47,978 nucleotides of DNA, taken from contig CAZTHM010000001.1 of the NCBI GenBank assembly GCA_964613505.1, positions 1-47,978 of the forward strand, in the 5' to 3' direction. Source of the DNA: an uncultured Acidobacteriota bacterium. Its GTDB lineage: Bacteria > Acidobacteriota > Terriglobia > UBA7540. Both the position numbers and the translations under genes were made by a program. Every line of letters begins with the position of its first letter. The stretch's first letter is position 1. The notes beneath the pieces were generated by a model. That model did not search any database. It worked only from the letters and a program-made list of their open reading frames with translations, and was not told the DNA's origin. Below are positions 1-7,984 of this stretch, piece by piece.

Positions 1-115
1 GCCATCCGATCATTACAAACATCACTGCAAACACGATCAGAACCCACCGCGGTGCCGTCGCGGTCTCGTACTGGTAATGCTCCTGTGATCCAGGAGCGTT
101 TGGGGACGTGCTCAT
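1..115 (-). CDS. 5' end of a membrane-protein gene running off the left edge (partial)
   Basis: ATG at 115-113 preceded by AAGGAGG (rc of 120-126). Translation MSTSPNAPGSQEHYQYETATAPRWVLIVFAVMFVMIGW.. ends in a hydrophobic helix. No family assignable. Confidence 0.4.
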   Translation of the reverse strand, partial: MSTSPNAPGSQEHYQYETATAPRWVLIVFAVMFVMIGW

Positions 116-262
116 CGAGCCTCCTTCAAGTATTGGAAATTAGCCTAATAGAACAGGGCCTATCCGTGTCGTTCTGTTGGATTATCTCTGACCCGCTTCG
201 GGTTGTCTACCGGCCCCCTGCGTTTTTGCTGGTTCTGCCTGTTTCCTGCTACCTGCTTCCTG

Positions 263-652
263 CTACCTTCGCTTCGGCCAGCGCGCCTCGACCGTCGTGG
301 TCAGCCCGCCGCGCGGCGTAAACTCGCCGCGCACCACGCACCACGTCGGCTTCGCGGCCGCGACGATGTCCCGCAGCATGCGGTTCACCGCGTTTTCGTA
401 GAAAATTCCTAAATTGCGGTAGGCCAGCAGGTAGAGCTTCAACGCCTTCAGTTCCAGGCATGATTTCTTCGGCATGTAATGAATGCTGATCGTGCCGGAA
501 TCCGGCAGTCCGGTTTTTGGGCACACCGAAGTGTACTCAGGAAAGCGAATCGTGATTTCGTAACCCGGAAAGTGATTGGGCCACGTGTCCAGCCTGGGCA
601 GCTTGGCGTGGATTCCCGCCGCCGCGTGTTTCTCCGTGTAGTCGGCCATCAA
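263..652 (-). CDS. queF: NADPH-dependent 7-cyano-7-deazaguanine (preQ0) reductase, unimodular type
   Basis: 129 aa. Has the catalytic-Cys context TSVCPKTGLPD and the QueF motif ELKALKLYL. Size fits type-I QueF. Confidence 0.9.
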   Translation of the reverse strand: MMADYTEKHAAAGIHAKLPRLDTWPNHFPGYEITIRFPEYTSVCPKTGLPDSGTISIHYMPKKSCLELKALKLYLLAYRNLGIFYENAVNRMLRDIVAAAKPTWCVVRGEFTPRGGLTTTVEARWPKRR

Positions 653-707
653 TTTTCCTCGCGGCTATTGTACACGCTCCCGCGCGGTTCGCGCGCGCAT
701 CGACAGC

Positions 708-1139
708 TTGCGACGTGCGTGCGAGTTCGCGTATCCTATCGCCGCATCAACAGCCTGGGGTCTCGCCAACTTGATTTGTCCCAAATGCCATAGCGGGTCC
801 TGCCGCCGCTCGCAGCGCCGCGGTGCAAATGACCGGCTCCGCAGCATTTTTGGCCTGCGTCCCTGGCGTTGCCGCACCTGTGGGATCCGCTTTCAGGCCT
901 GGCAGGTACCGGCCCAGTTCGTCTTCTACGTGCATTGCCCGCAATGCGGCAATCTCGATCTGCAACGCGTGTCCCGCGAACGTGTGGTCGAGGATCTTTT
1001 CGCTCCCCTCAAGCGCGCGGCGCGCGTCCCCGCCTACCGCTGCGACCCTTGCCGCCTTCGTTTTTTCTCGGTGCTGCCGTTCCGGCGCATCCCCGCCTTG
1101 CGCCTCGATCCGTCGCCCACCGATTCGCAGGATTCCTGA
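708..1139 (+). CDS. Cys-rich double zinc-ribbon protein, function unknown
   Basis: Two CxxC...CxxC pairs (CPKC..CRTC and CPQC..CDPC). TTG start on the track is uncertain. Divergent from queF. Confidence 0.55.
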   Translation: MRRACEFAYPIAASTAWGLANLICPKCHSGSCRRSQRRGANDRLRSIFGLRPWRCRTCGIRFQAWQVPAQFVFYVHCPQCGNLDLQRVSRERVVEDLFAPLKRAARVPAYRCDPCRLRFFSVLPFRRIPALRLDPSPTDSQDS

Positions 1140-1154
1140 TCGTCCGGCCGCAGC

Positions 1155-1184
1155 TTGACGAAAACCGCATCTCCACGCTATAAA
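1155..1184 (+). promoter_or_regulatory. Candidate sigma70-type promoter for tRNA-Glu
   Basis: TTGACG (1155-1160), 18-nt spacer, TATAAA (1179-1184), about 65 nt upstream of the tRNA. Confidence 0.35.
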
Positions 1185-1249
1185 AATAGGTGGCTTTTCG
1201 CGCGCCTCAGCTTCAGCTGCGCGTACACTTCGCTGTTCCGCTCCTCTGT

Positions 1250-1324
1250 GGCGGTATCGTCTAGGGGTTAGGACGCCAGATTCTCAATCTGGAAACCCGG
1301 GTTCGATTCCCGGTACCGCTACCA
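1250..1324 (+). tRNA. tRNA-Glu (anticodon CTC), CCA encoded
   Basis: Manual cloverleaf. Acceptor GGCGGTA/TACCGCT (G1-U72). D arm GTCT-AGGGGTTA-GGAC. Anticodon arm CCAGA-TTCTCAA-TCTGG. 4-nt variable loop. T arm CCGGG-TTCGATT-CCCGG. Discriminator A plus CCA. Confidence 0.93.
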
Positions 1325-1592
1325 AATCCACCACTTAGCGATTTCATCCAGTGTTTATGGGCCTTCCGTGAGTTTCTGCTTTCTGTCTTTATAGTCTCGC
1401 TGGTTCCCGGTTGTCTCGCTCGTGCGCTACAGAAATGGACAGTAAGTGGACAGTAAGGAAACTTCACGGCAGAGGGGTGTGAGCTGCTCAAGGATCTCGG
1501 TCGGGCGCGTGGCCCGAATCTCGGTGGCTTCAGGTCTCGCTAAGTCTCCAGGGTCCCGTTTGCTACCCTCCAGAAATAGACACCAAATAGAC

Positions 1593-2874
1593 TGTCCCTA
1601 CCAAAAACTCTGTTCACGTTCTCAGAGTTGAAGTTACGGCCTCGGGCCGGTAGGCTTTCACGCCATGATTGCGATCCTCTACTCCTTGCTGTTGACCGTT
1701 CGTGACTGTCTGCGACGTCGTGCGAGACTTCAGGCGGAGAATCTTGCCCTGCGCCACCAACTGCTCGTCCTGCAACGCTCCAATCGGCACCGCGTCCGCC
1801 TGAGTTTCGGTGATCGTATCTTCTGGGTTTGGCTTTCACGATTGTTGGGTGAATGGCGATCAGTACTCGTCATCGTCAAACCTGAAACCGTCATCGCTTG
1901 GCATCGGAAGGGATTTCGGCTCTATTGGGCTTGGAAGAGTCGGCACCGCGACGGCCGTCCGTCCGTGTCCAATGAAGTTCGAGATCTCATTCGGAGAATG
2001 AGTCTAGCCAACGCCCGCTGGGGTGCCCCGCGCATCCATGGGGAGCTCCTGAAGCTCGGGATCGAAGTCTCGCAGGCCACTGTTGCGAAGTACATGGTCC
2101 GCACTCGAAAGCCCCCATCGCAGACGTGGCGCACCTTTCTTGAGAATCATGTCAAGACTCTTGTCTCCACCGACTTCTTTGTAGTCCCGACGATCACCTT
2201 CAAGCTGTTGTTTGTGTTCGTGATTCTGGCGCATGACCGCCGCCGACCCGTTCACTTCGGCGTGACGACGAATCCAACCGCGGAGTGGGCAGCGCGACAG
2301 CTCCTTCAGGCGTTTCCCTGGGACACCGCTCCGCGATACTTGTTGCGCGATCGGGATGGCACCTACGGAGAGCAGTTTTGTGGAACCGCGAAGTGGATGG
2401 GAATCCAAGAAGTTCTGACGGCACCGCAGAGTCCCTGGCAAAACCCCTATGTCGAGCGGTTGGTCGGTTCGATTCGGCGCGAATGCCTGGACCACGTCAT
2501 CGTTTTCAATGAGGGTGGCTTGCACCGTGTCCTGAAGGACTACTTCGGGTACTACGAGCGCTGCCGAACACATCTGTCCCTTGACAAGGATGCTCCCGTC
2601 ACTCGGCCTGTCCAACCTCCCTCGCTCGGCGACGTGGTCGAAATACCGCAGGTCGGCGGGCTGCATCATCTGTACACGCGAAGGGCTGCCTGACCAACAA
2701 GCACTGCCAAATACTTCCTCGATGAATCGGGCCTCGCGGTGTGCGTCTCGGGCTTGCGAAACATCTGCAGAAGCCGGTCCCAGTTCAGAATGGATGATCT
2801 ACTGTTGAGATTTCACAGGATTCAGCGCGGGTCGTTCTGGTCATGACGGTCAAATAGAGTTTTTGGTAGGGACA
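1593..2874 (+). mobile_element. IS481-like (rve/DDE) insertion sequence, about 1.28 kb
   Basis: Terminal inverted repeats TGTCCCTACCAAAAACTCT(G/A)TT(C/G)AC at 1593-1618 and, reverse-complemented, at 2849-2874. The first 19 nt are perfect. Single transposase ORF inside. No clear target-site duplication. Confidence 0.85.
1665..2693 (+). CDS. DDE/rve integrase-core transposase
   Basis: 342 aa. N-terminal LALRHQLLVLQR coiled region and HTH (GAPRIHGELLKLGIEVSQATVAKYM). DDE candidates STDFF, RDRDGTYG, NPYVERLVGSIRRE. Confidence 0.9.
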   Translation: MIAILYSLLLTVRDCLRRRARLQAENLALRHQLLVLQRSNRHRVRLSFGDRIFWVWLSRLLGEWRSVLVIVKPETVIAWHRKGFRLYWAWKSRHRDGRPSVSNEVRDLIRRMSLANARWGAPRIHGELLKLGIEVSQATVAKYMVRTRKPPSQTWRTFLENHVKTLVSTDFFVVPTITFKLLFVFVILAHDRRRPVHFGVTTNPTAEWAARQLLQAFPWDTAPRYLLRDRDGTYGEQFCGTAKWMGIQEVLTAPQSPWQNPYVERLVGSIRRECLDHVIVFNEGGLHRVLKDYFGYYERCRTHLSLDKDAPVTRPVQPPSLGDVVEIPQVGGLHHLYTRRAA

Positions 2875-2994
2875 CCGCCGCGAAACCTCCGCATGTTGCC
2901 AAGACCAGCGAAATGGGACTGAGAACAAATAGAGTGAGAGTTGGTGGCCATCCGTTTCCTGCGCTCGAACCCCGTTTCGTCGCAGCCGTCGCGG

Positions 2995-4074
2995 TTACGC
3001 GGAACGCATTCCTGCTTTGCCCGTTCGCTCCCGATCGATTAGCGTCCGCTTCCGGGCAAGCCCCCACCGATAGCCGCCCAGTTCCCCCGTTCCGCGAATG
3101 ACTCGATGGCAGGGGATCACGAGGGCTACCCTGTTCGCCGCGCAGGCTCGTGCAACGGCTCTCGTCGCGTTTGTGTTGCCGATCCCGGCGGCTACTTCGC
3201 CGTACGACTGAACTTCACCGTACGGAATGGATTGGAGATAGTTCCAAACCCGAATCTGGAAGACCGTGGCCCGAATGTCCAGGGGCAGGTCCAGGTGAGG
3301 GTGGGTGCCGGCCAAATAGCCGTTTAGGGCTTCCACCCATTTCTGAAAATGGGGATGATACGGCTTGTTCATGGCCTCGCGCCGAGCCGACGGATACTCT
3401 TTTTCGAGCATCGCCAGCAAACCTCTGCGCGTGTCCCCGAATTGAAGGAAACACAGTCCTCGGTCGGTGGCGCCAATCATGATCAACCCCAGCGAAGTTT
3501 CGATAGTGACGTACGTGATCGTTACATTCCTCCCATCTTGCCGATACTGATTCGGTGTCATGCCGAGGCGCGTGTCGGCTCGTTCGTACACACGGCTGGA
3601 GGAACCGTATCCAGCCCCGTAAATCGCTTCGGTCACGTCCCCCGACTCTTTTAGGCCTTTCTTCAATTTGCGGAGGCGCGCCGCATCCAAATACTGTTTC
3701 GGACTCAATCCGACGACGGCTTTGAACGTCCTATGGAAATGGGACGGGCTCATGCGCACTTGCGCCGCGAGTTCTTCCAGCTTCAAGGGCTCGTCGCTTC
3801 GTTCCTCGATGCAGCGGCACACTTCCCGAATTCGCTCTACGGTCGGGTCCGGTCCGGAGGCGGCCAGAGGGCGACATCTCAGGCACGGGCGGAGCCCGTC
3901 TCGTTCCGCGTCCGTCGACGACTCATAGAAGCGCACGTTCTTGCGGAGGGGTTGGCGAGACGGGCAAGAAGGCTGGCAATAGACGCCGGTGGTGAGAACG
4001 CCATAGAAGAAACTACCGTCCCGACTGGGATCTCGGTCTTGAACCGCTTCCCAGCACCTAGCTTGGTCCAGCAT
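2995..4074 (-). CDS. ada: Bifunctional Ada: methylphosphotriester-sensing Zn domain + AraC HTH + O6-methylguanine-DNA methyltransferase
   Basis: 359 aa, collinear with E. coli Ada. Cys4 cluster (VYCQPSCP .. RPCLRCRP). AraC HTH. C-terminal PCHRV active site. Confidence 0.92.
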   Translation of the reverse strand: MLDQARCWEAVQDRDPSRDGSFFYGVLTTGVYCQPSCPSRQPLRKNVRFYESSTDAERDGLRPCLRCRPLAASGPDPTVERIREVCRCIEERSDEPLKLEELAAQVRMSPSHFHRTFKAVVGLSPKQYLDAARLRKLKKGLKESGDVTEAIYGAGYGSSSRVYERADTRLGMTPNQYRQDGRNVTITYVTIETSLGLIMIGATDRGLCFLQFGDTRRGLLAMLEKEYPSARREAMNKPYHPHFQKWVEALNGYLAGTHPHLDLPLDIRATVFQIRVWNYLQSIPYGEVQSYGEVAAGIGNTNATRAVARACAANRVALVIPCHRVIRGTGELGGYRWGLARKRTLIDRERTGKAGMRSA

Positions 4075-4220
4075 CAGTACCTCCCGAATTTCTTCGTCGT
4101 CACGCCATCAATTTAGGGCAGCCGATCTGCCGAATCCATCTGGGACTTGCTGTCAAATCTCCGCCGGCGACGAGACTCTTTCTTCGCCATCACTCCCGGC
4201 CGCGGCCTCGGCTGTTTGCG

Positions 4221-4859
4221 TCACGGAGTCTCCTCAATTTTCGTTCGGCGCAAGAGATGCGAGAGGGCCGCGCGATCTCCCCTCCCGCTGCGTTCTGCAA
4301 GTTTCTGCGCGATCATAAGGCGGTGCCGCGGGGTCCTGTTTCCGCCGAACTTGAACTTTGCTTCCACGTGCTCAATCGCAATTCGGACCCCCACGATAGC
4401 GGCCAGAGCCCGTCCGAAGAACGACTTCCCAACCTTCACGGTGCTAATCTTTTCCGAAGCTTGAAAGTGCTGAACCTGTCTGTTCAACAGGTCGGCTAAC
4501 TGCGGCTCGGTCATCATCAAAGCTTCTCCGGTCGCGTGGACTGCAGCGTAGTAACTCGTGGGTGCGCTCCATAGAGGGTCCTCGCCAGGCTCACAATTCC
4601 ACGTGCTTGGAACAAAGCTGTCTGCCTCAAGGACCGTCATCGTCACCAGCGGTCGTTCGGATATCGCTGGTAGAAGGGGATTGGCACGATGAACATGGAA
4701 CTCAATTCCGCGAGTTTCGTCGTAAACAAAATGCGTGGGAGTGATTACGGGCCTGTCCCTCCCCGCGCCCATCGCCACGACTTGACCAAAGCTTCGGTGC
4801 TTCAGGAAATCCTGCCACTCGGCATCGTTCACCGCGCTGTCGAACACAGTCTTTAGCAC
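4221..4859 (-). CDS. PaiB-family FMN-binding putative transcriptional regulator
   Basis: 212 aa. HVHRANPLL, PSTWNC and the C-terminal KFKFGGNRTP block resemble the PaiB/FMN_bind_2 family. Confidence 0.72.
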   Translation of the reverse strand: MLKTVFDSAVNDAEWQDFLKHRSFGQVVAMGAGRDRPVITPTHFVYDETRGIEFHVHRANPLLPAISERPLVTMTVLEADSFVPSTWNCEPGEDPLWSAPTSYYAAVHATGEALMMTEPQLADLLNRQVQHFQASEKISTVKVGKSFFGRALAAIVGVRIAIEHVEAKFKFGGNRTPRHRLMIAQKLAERSGRGDRAALSHLLRRTKIEETP

Positions 4860-5365
4860 TTCAATTCCTTGACCACAGCCGTTCCCGTATCCGCTCCACT
4901 CGAGCGTTCAATGCGGAAGTCGTAGCATCCGGCTTTCTTATCCCTCACTTCGATGTAATCCACATCCGGGAGTTGCAGCAGCTCTTCGACCGCGACGTCG
5001 TGGCCGCCGTTATCGGCGTGGCGCTGCGCAATGAGGCGCTGGCCCTTCGCATAAGCGTTGAGAACGGCTGCGTGCTTTCGGAGATCGTTCGGATAGCCTG
5101 CATCTTCCGGATACCGCTCGCACGCCTCGGCATGGATAAAGATCGGTCCCGGCAGCGGAACTTGCTCGATGCCGTTGAATGGATCGTAGGTGAAGAGCGT
5201 TCGTTGCTCCGCACCGACATGGAACGTGCGCAGGCAATGGCGGCAAGGGCCATGTCCTCCGGCCACGTCGGTATGCGCGGGATGTCCGTAACGAGGCGCC
5301 TTCTTCGAAGTCCGTACTTGTGCGGCTACTTCGCTCGGAATAGCTATAACGCGAATGGGAATCAT
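4853..5365 (-). CDS. DUF1203 domain protein
   Basis: 170 aa with GPCRHCL .. FTYDPF .. PGPIFIHA signature. 7-nt overlap with the downstream PaiB gene. Confidence 0.75.
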   Translation of the reverse strand: MIPIRVIAIPSEVAAQVRTSKKAPRYGHPAHTDVAGGHGPCRHCLRTFHVGAEQRTLFTYDPFNGIEQVPLPGPIFIHAEACERYPEDAGYPNDLRKHAAVLNAYAKGQRLIAQRHADNGGHDVAVEELLQLPDVDYIEVRDKKAGCYDFRIERSSGADTGTAVVKELKC

Positions 5366-5432
5366 TTTCCCTCCCTTGAGTAAGCGCAGTGTTTAGATCC
5401 GCTGTCACTCTCCATCGCTAGCGTACGCCGGA

Positions 5433-5795
5433 ATGTTTTTCGGTGAAATCCGTTTCTTGCTTTCTAATTCGGCATGCGAGGGCATTGGGCTGCTCCTGGA
5501 CGGACATCGGGCGGCAGTTGGAAAACCATTCAGCTTTGCTTTCTTCATCCCCAAAAGCTACTACGAACATCATTGGCATTCGGTTGAGGCCCGGGTTGCA
5601 GTTCTGAAAGGGGCACTGAAGGTAAGCGTGGGAGACAAATTGGATCTTCAGAATGCGAAAGCTTACCCTGCGGGTAGCTTCCTCATTGTTCCTGCAAACG
5701 CGAAGCACACCATGGGCGCAGACGAGGACACAATTATCGTAACGACAGAGGTTGGGCCATGGTCGACCCATCACAATAGTGATCACAAGCACTAA
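5433..5795 (+). CDS. Cupin-fold protein, possibly N-terminally truncated
   Basis: HHWHSVEARVAVLKGALKV .. PANAKH cupin motifs. No signal peptide or usual N-terminus. Visibly more AT-rich than its neighbours. Confidence 0.55.
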   Translation: MFFGEIRFLLSNSACEGIGLLLDGHRAAVGKPFSFAFFIPKSYYEHHWHSVEARVAVLKGALKVSVGDKLDLQNAKAYPAGSFLIVPANAKHTMGADEDTIIVTTEVGPWSTHHNSDHKH

Positions 5796-5848
5796 GCGCA
5801 TCTGCGTGGGCAAGGAACTAGGCTTCACCCCGAATGCCCCTTATGAAT

Positions 5849-5927
5849 ACCGCTGAGAATGAGGCGCGGAAGATTGCTAATCCCCAGTCCCTCACGGGAC
5901 ATGCGAGTTCGACTCTCGCCCCGGGCA
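5849..5927 (+). pseudogene. tRNA-Ser(GCT)-like remnant (class II tRNA lacking a pairing 5' acceptor strand)
   Basis: Perfect T arm GCGAG-TTCGACT-CTCGC (5903-5919). Long variable arm GTCCC-TCAC-GGGAC (5887-5900). TTGCTAA loop with GCT, but only 3 of 5 anticodon-stem pairs. D arm CGC-N10-GCG. The 3' acceptor CCCGGGC has no GCCCGGG partner upstream. Confidence 0.5.
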
Positions 5928-5937
5928 CTTCAATTCG

Positions 5938-6354
5938 TCAACACGCGCGACTGCATGGCGCGGAGTCTGCCGCCCAGCATTGCGGCATCGCCAGCACGAC
6001 GAGCGCGAGGGGATACCACTTGGGCCCAAATTCCGGCCCTGCGTTCCACGTCGCCACGGTGCCCACAATGCTCAAAGCTACGCCTACGGCGCCAAGCGCC
6101 AGGGCGTGGTGCATAGGCCGGTCGGGCGCGAGCCGCGCCGCGATGTAGCTGCCCGCCACGCCATAGACAATACGATAGGCCGTCGCAAGCAGGAAGAGCG
6201 CGTCCGCCATCGGCTGGCCCCAAGGTGGATATACATTGAGCACATGCAGCACCTGGTCGGTGCCCAGCGAAAGAACAACGACCGCGAAAAACCCCAGGAG
6301 TAAGGCTCCTGTGCTGCGCCACAGGCGGCAGGGATGCGTACTCGTTTCTGTCAT
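5938..6354 (-). CDS. Small integral membrane protein (4 predicted TM helices), third gene of the ArsR operon
   Basis: Internal ATG at 6354 (MTETSTHPCRLW..) forms an ATGA overlap with the stop of the upstream gene. The longer 236-aa ORF upstream of it is an overlap artefact. Confidence 0.7.
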   Translation of the reverse strand: MTETSTHPCRLWRSTGALLLGFFAVVVLSLGTDQVLHVLNVYPPWGQPMADALFLLATAYRIVYGVAGSYIAARLAPDRPMHHALALGAVGVALSIVGTVATWNAGPEFGPKWYPLALVVLAMPQCWAADSAPCSRAC

Positions 6355-6851
6355 TTCTCGCCCCCAGGCAGTAGCGACGCGAAGATATCGTCCAGGCGGT
6401 CGTAGCCCATGGCCATGCCCTCCTCCATGCCGGACTTCAGCGCGACGTCGCGGGCCTCGCGCGATTCGTAGAGCATGGTCTGCGTCAGCATGGTCTTTCC
6501 GCCCTGCTCCACCAGGACCAGCGTGTTCACCGACTCGCCCGGGTACCACGACTCGTCGAATTTCTCGGTGGCCACCAGCCGCTCCGGCGCAACCACTTCG
6601 CGGATCACGCCGCCCATGCCCATTTCCTTCTTCTTGGGGTGACGCCACACGTAGCGGTATTCGCCGCCCACGCGCAGGTCCACTTTGCAGACCGCCAGCG
6701 ACCAGCCATCCGGCCCGAAGAGCCAGCGCTTGAGCAGGTCACATTTGGTGTGGGCGTCGAAGACCAGCTTCCGCGGCGCGTCGAAGACGCGGGTGACAAC
6801 AATTTCGCGGTCGGTGGGCGTGGTGACTCGTAATGTTGCGGCGTTGTTCAT
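6351..6851 (-). CDS. SRPBCC / AHSA1 (activator of Hsp90 ATPase-like) family protein
   Basis: 166 aa. The TRVFDAPRKLVFDAHT .. GGEYRYVW pattern is typical of AHSA1-type SRPBCC proteins paired with ArsR. AAGGAG RBS. Confidence 0.88.
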   Translation of the reverse strand: MNNAATLRVTTPTDREIVVTRVFDAPRKLVFDAHTKCDLLKRWLFGPDGWSLAVCKVDLRVGGEYRYVWRHPKKKEMGMGGVIREVVAPERLVATEKFDESWYPGESVNTLVLVEQGGKTMLTQTMLYESREARDVALKSGMEEGMAMGYDRLDDIFASLLPGGEK

Positions 6852-6863
6852 CGGTGGTCTCCT

Positions 6864-7226
6864 TTATCGCTTTGTGCGTGCACGTTTTTTCTCCCTGGGC
6901 TTCAGGGTCTGCATCTCGTCGAGCAGGGCATCCAGGCGCTGGAACCTGGCCTCCCAAAACTGGCGGTAGCGTTCCAGCCATGCGGTGGCTTCTCCGAGGG
7001 GCTTGGCCTTGAGCTGGCAGGGCCGCCATTGGGCCTCGCGGCCGCGAGCGATGAGCCCGGAGCGTTCCAGCACCTTGAGGTGCTTGGAAACCGCGGGAAG
7101 GCTCATGTCGAAGGGTTCCGCCAATTCCGTCACAGAGACCTGCCCGGAGGCGAGGCGCGCCAGAATGGCGCGGCGCGTGGGGTCGGCCAGGGCTGCGAAA
7201 GTTACGCTGAGGCGATCGGTGGTCAT
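6864..7226 (-). CDS. ArsR/SmtB-family metalloregulator-type transcriptional repressor
   Basis: 120 aa. FAALADPTRRAILARL .. VTELAEPFDMSLPAVSKHLKVLERSGLI winged HTH. Confidence 0.92.
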   Translation of the reverse strand: MTTDRLSVTFAALADPTRRAILARLASGQVSVTELAEPFDMSLPAVSKHLKVLERSGLIARGREAQWRPCQLKAKPLGEATAWLERYRQFWEARFQRLDALLDEMQTLKPREKKRARTKR

Positions 7227-7230
7227 TCGT

Positions 7231-7274
7231 ATTTAACCTACTGGTTAAATACATCTGACTCCCAGGTTTGTCAA
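7231..7274 (-). promoter_or_regulatory. ArsR operon promoter with overlapping palindromic operator
   Basis: Perfect inverted repeat ATTTAACC-N4-GGTTAAAT (7231-7250), 5 nt upstream of the ArsR ATG. On the minus strand: TTGACA (7274-7269), 17 nt spacer, TATTTA (7251-7246). Confidence 0.55.
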
Positions 7275-7399
7275 GCACTTTTTTTGATTTTCTGCATACC
7301 TTGTCATCTGAACTCGACCTGCTTGCTGGCTGGTTGGGACGCGAAGGTCACGTCGTGCGCATTCCTTCGTCGGTGACAGTTCACGCTCGGAGTTGCGCG

Positions 7400-7984
7400 C
7401 TACTCCTTGGCCGCTACTTCTGTCACCGATTTCAAATTCGCGAGGCCGCTTTCGAAATCGCCGCCGACCATCTTGTCCATGTTCATGAAGAGGCCGATCG
7501 CTTTTGCCATGAAATTGTTCCGGCCAGCCATGCTCCAAGTAACCGCAGTTTGGTTGCCTTCCGGCTTGAAGGCGAACTCTACGCTGTTCGTGCAGGCAAA
7601 TGGTTTAAGGAATTCAAGTTTGATGCGGATCAGTTCGCTCGGGCGGCTCTCGGTAATCGTCATGCTCCCTTCGCCGACCTCCTTGTTGCCGGCCCACCGG
7701 AAGATGGCGCCTGCTCCTTCTGATCGGCCCTCAAAGGAATTCTTAGCCGCCGGATCGCGTTTCGCCCAGGGGGACCATGCCTCCCACTTGTGCAAATCGT
7801 TGATGTGGGCGAACACAGCTTCCGGCGGGGCGGAGATGCTGCCGCTCCGCACGACGCTGAATTCGGAGGGCTGCGCCACGACGATGAGAAACACGACAAC
7901 GATAACAGCCAGAGCGATCAGGGTTAATGTGATCACGGAAGTTTTTCTCCTGGTGGTAGTATTTTTGCAGTCGCGGCGAACCAT
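7400..7984 (-). CDS. Membrane-anchored SRPBCC (polyketide cyclase/dehydrase-like) protein
   Basis: Start taken at MVRRD.. (7984), which is uncertain. N-terminal TM helix ITLTLIALAVIVVVFLIVV followed by the SRPBCC pattern (HINDLHKWEAWSPW). Confidence 0.78.
   Translation of the reverse strand: MVRRDCKNTTTRRKTSVITLTLIALAVIVVVFLIVVAQPSEFSVVRSGSISAPPEAVFAHINDLHKWEAWSPWAKRDPAAKNSFEGRSEGAGAIFRWAGNKEVGEGSMTITESRPSELIRIKLEFLKPFACTNSVEFAFKPEGNQTAVTWSMAGRNNFMAKAIGLFMNMDKMVGGDFESGLANLKSVTEVAAKE

Noticed and set aside
238-267. 14-nt tandem repeat CCTG(T/C)TTCCTGCTAC x2 overlapping the queF stop codon.
   Set aside because: There are only two units, and no structure or function is suggested. It is probably a slippage relic.
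653-707. preQ1 riboswitch upstream of queF.
   Set aside because: No preQ1-I or preQ1-II-like stem-loop with an A-rich tail is recognisable in the 55-nt leader.
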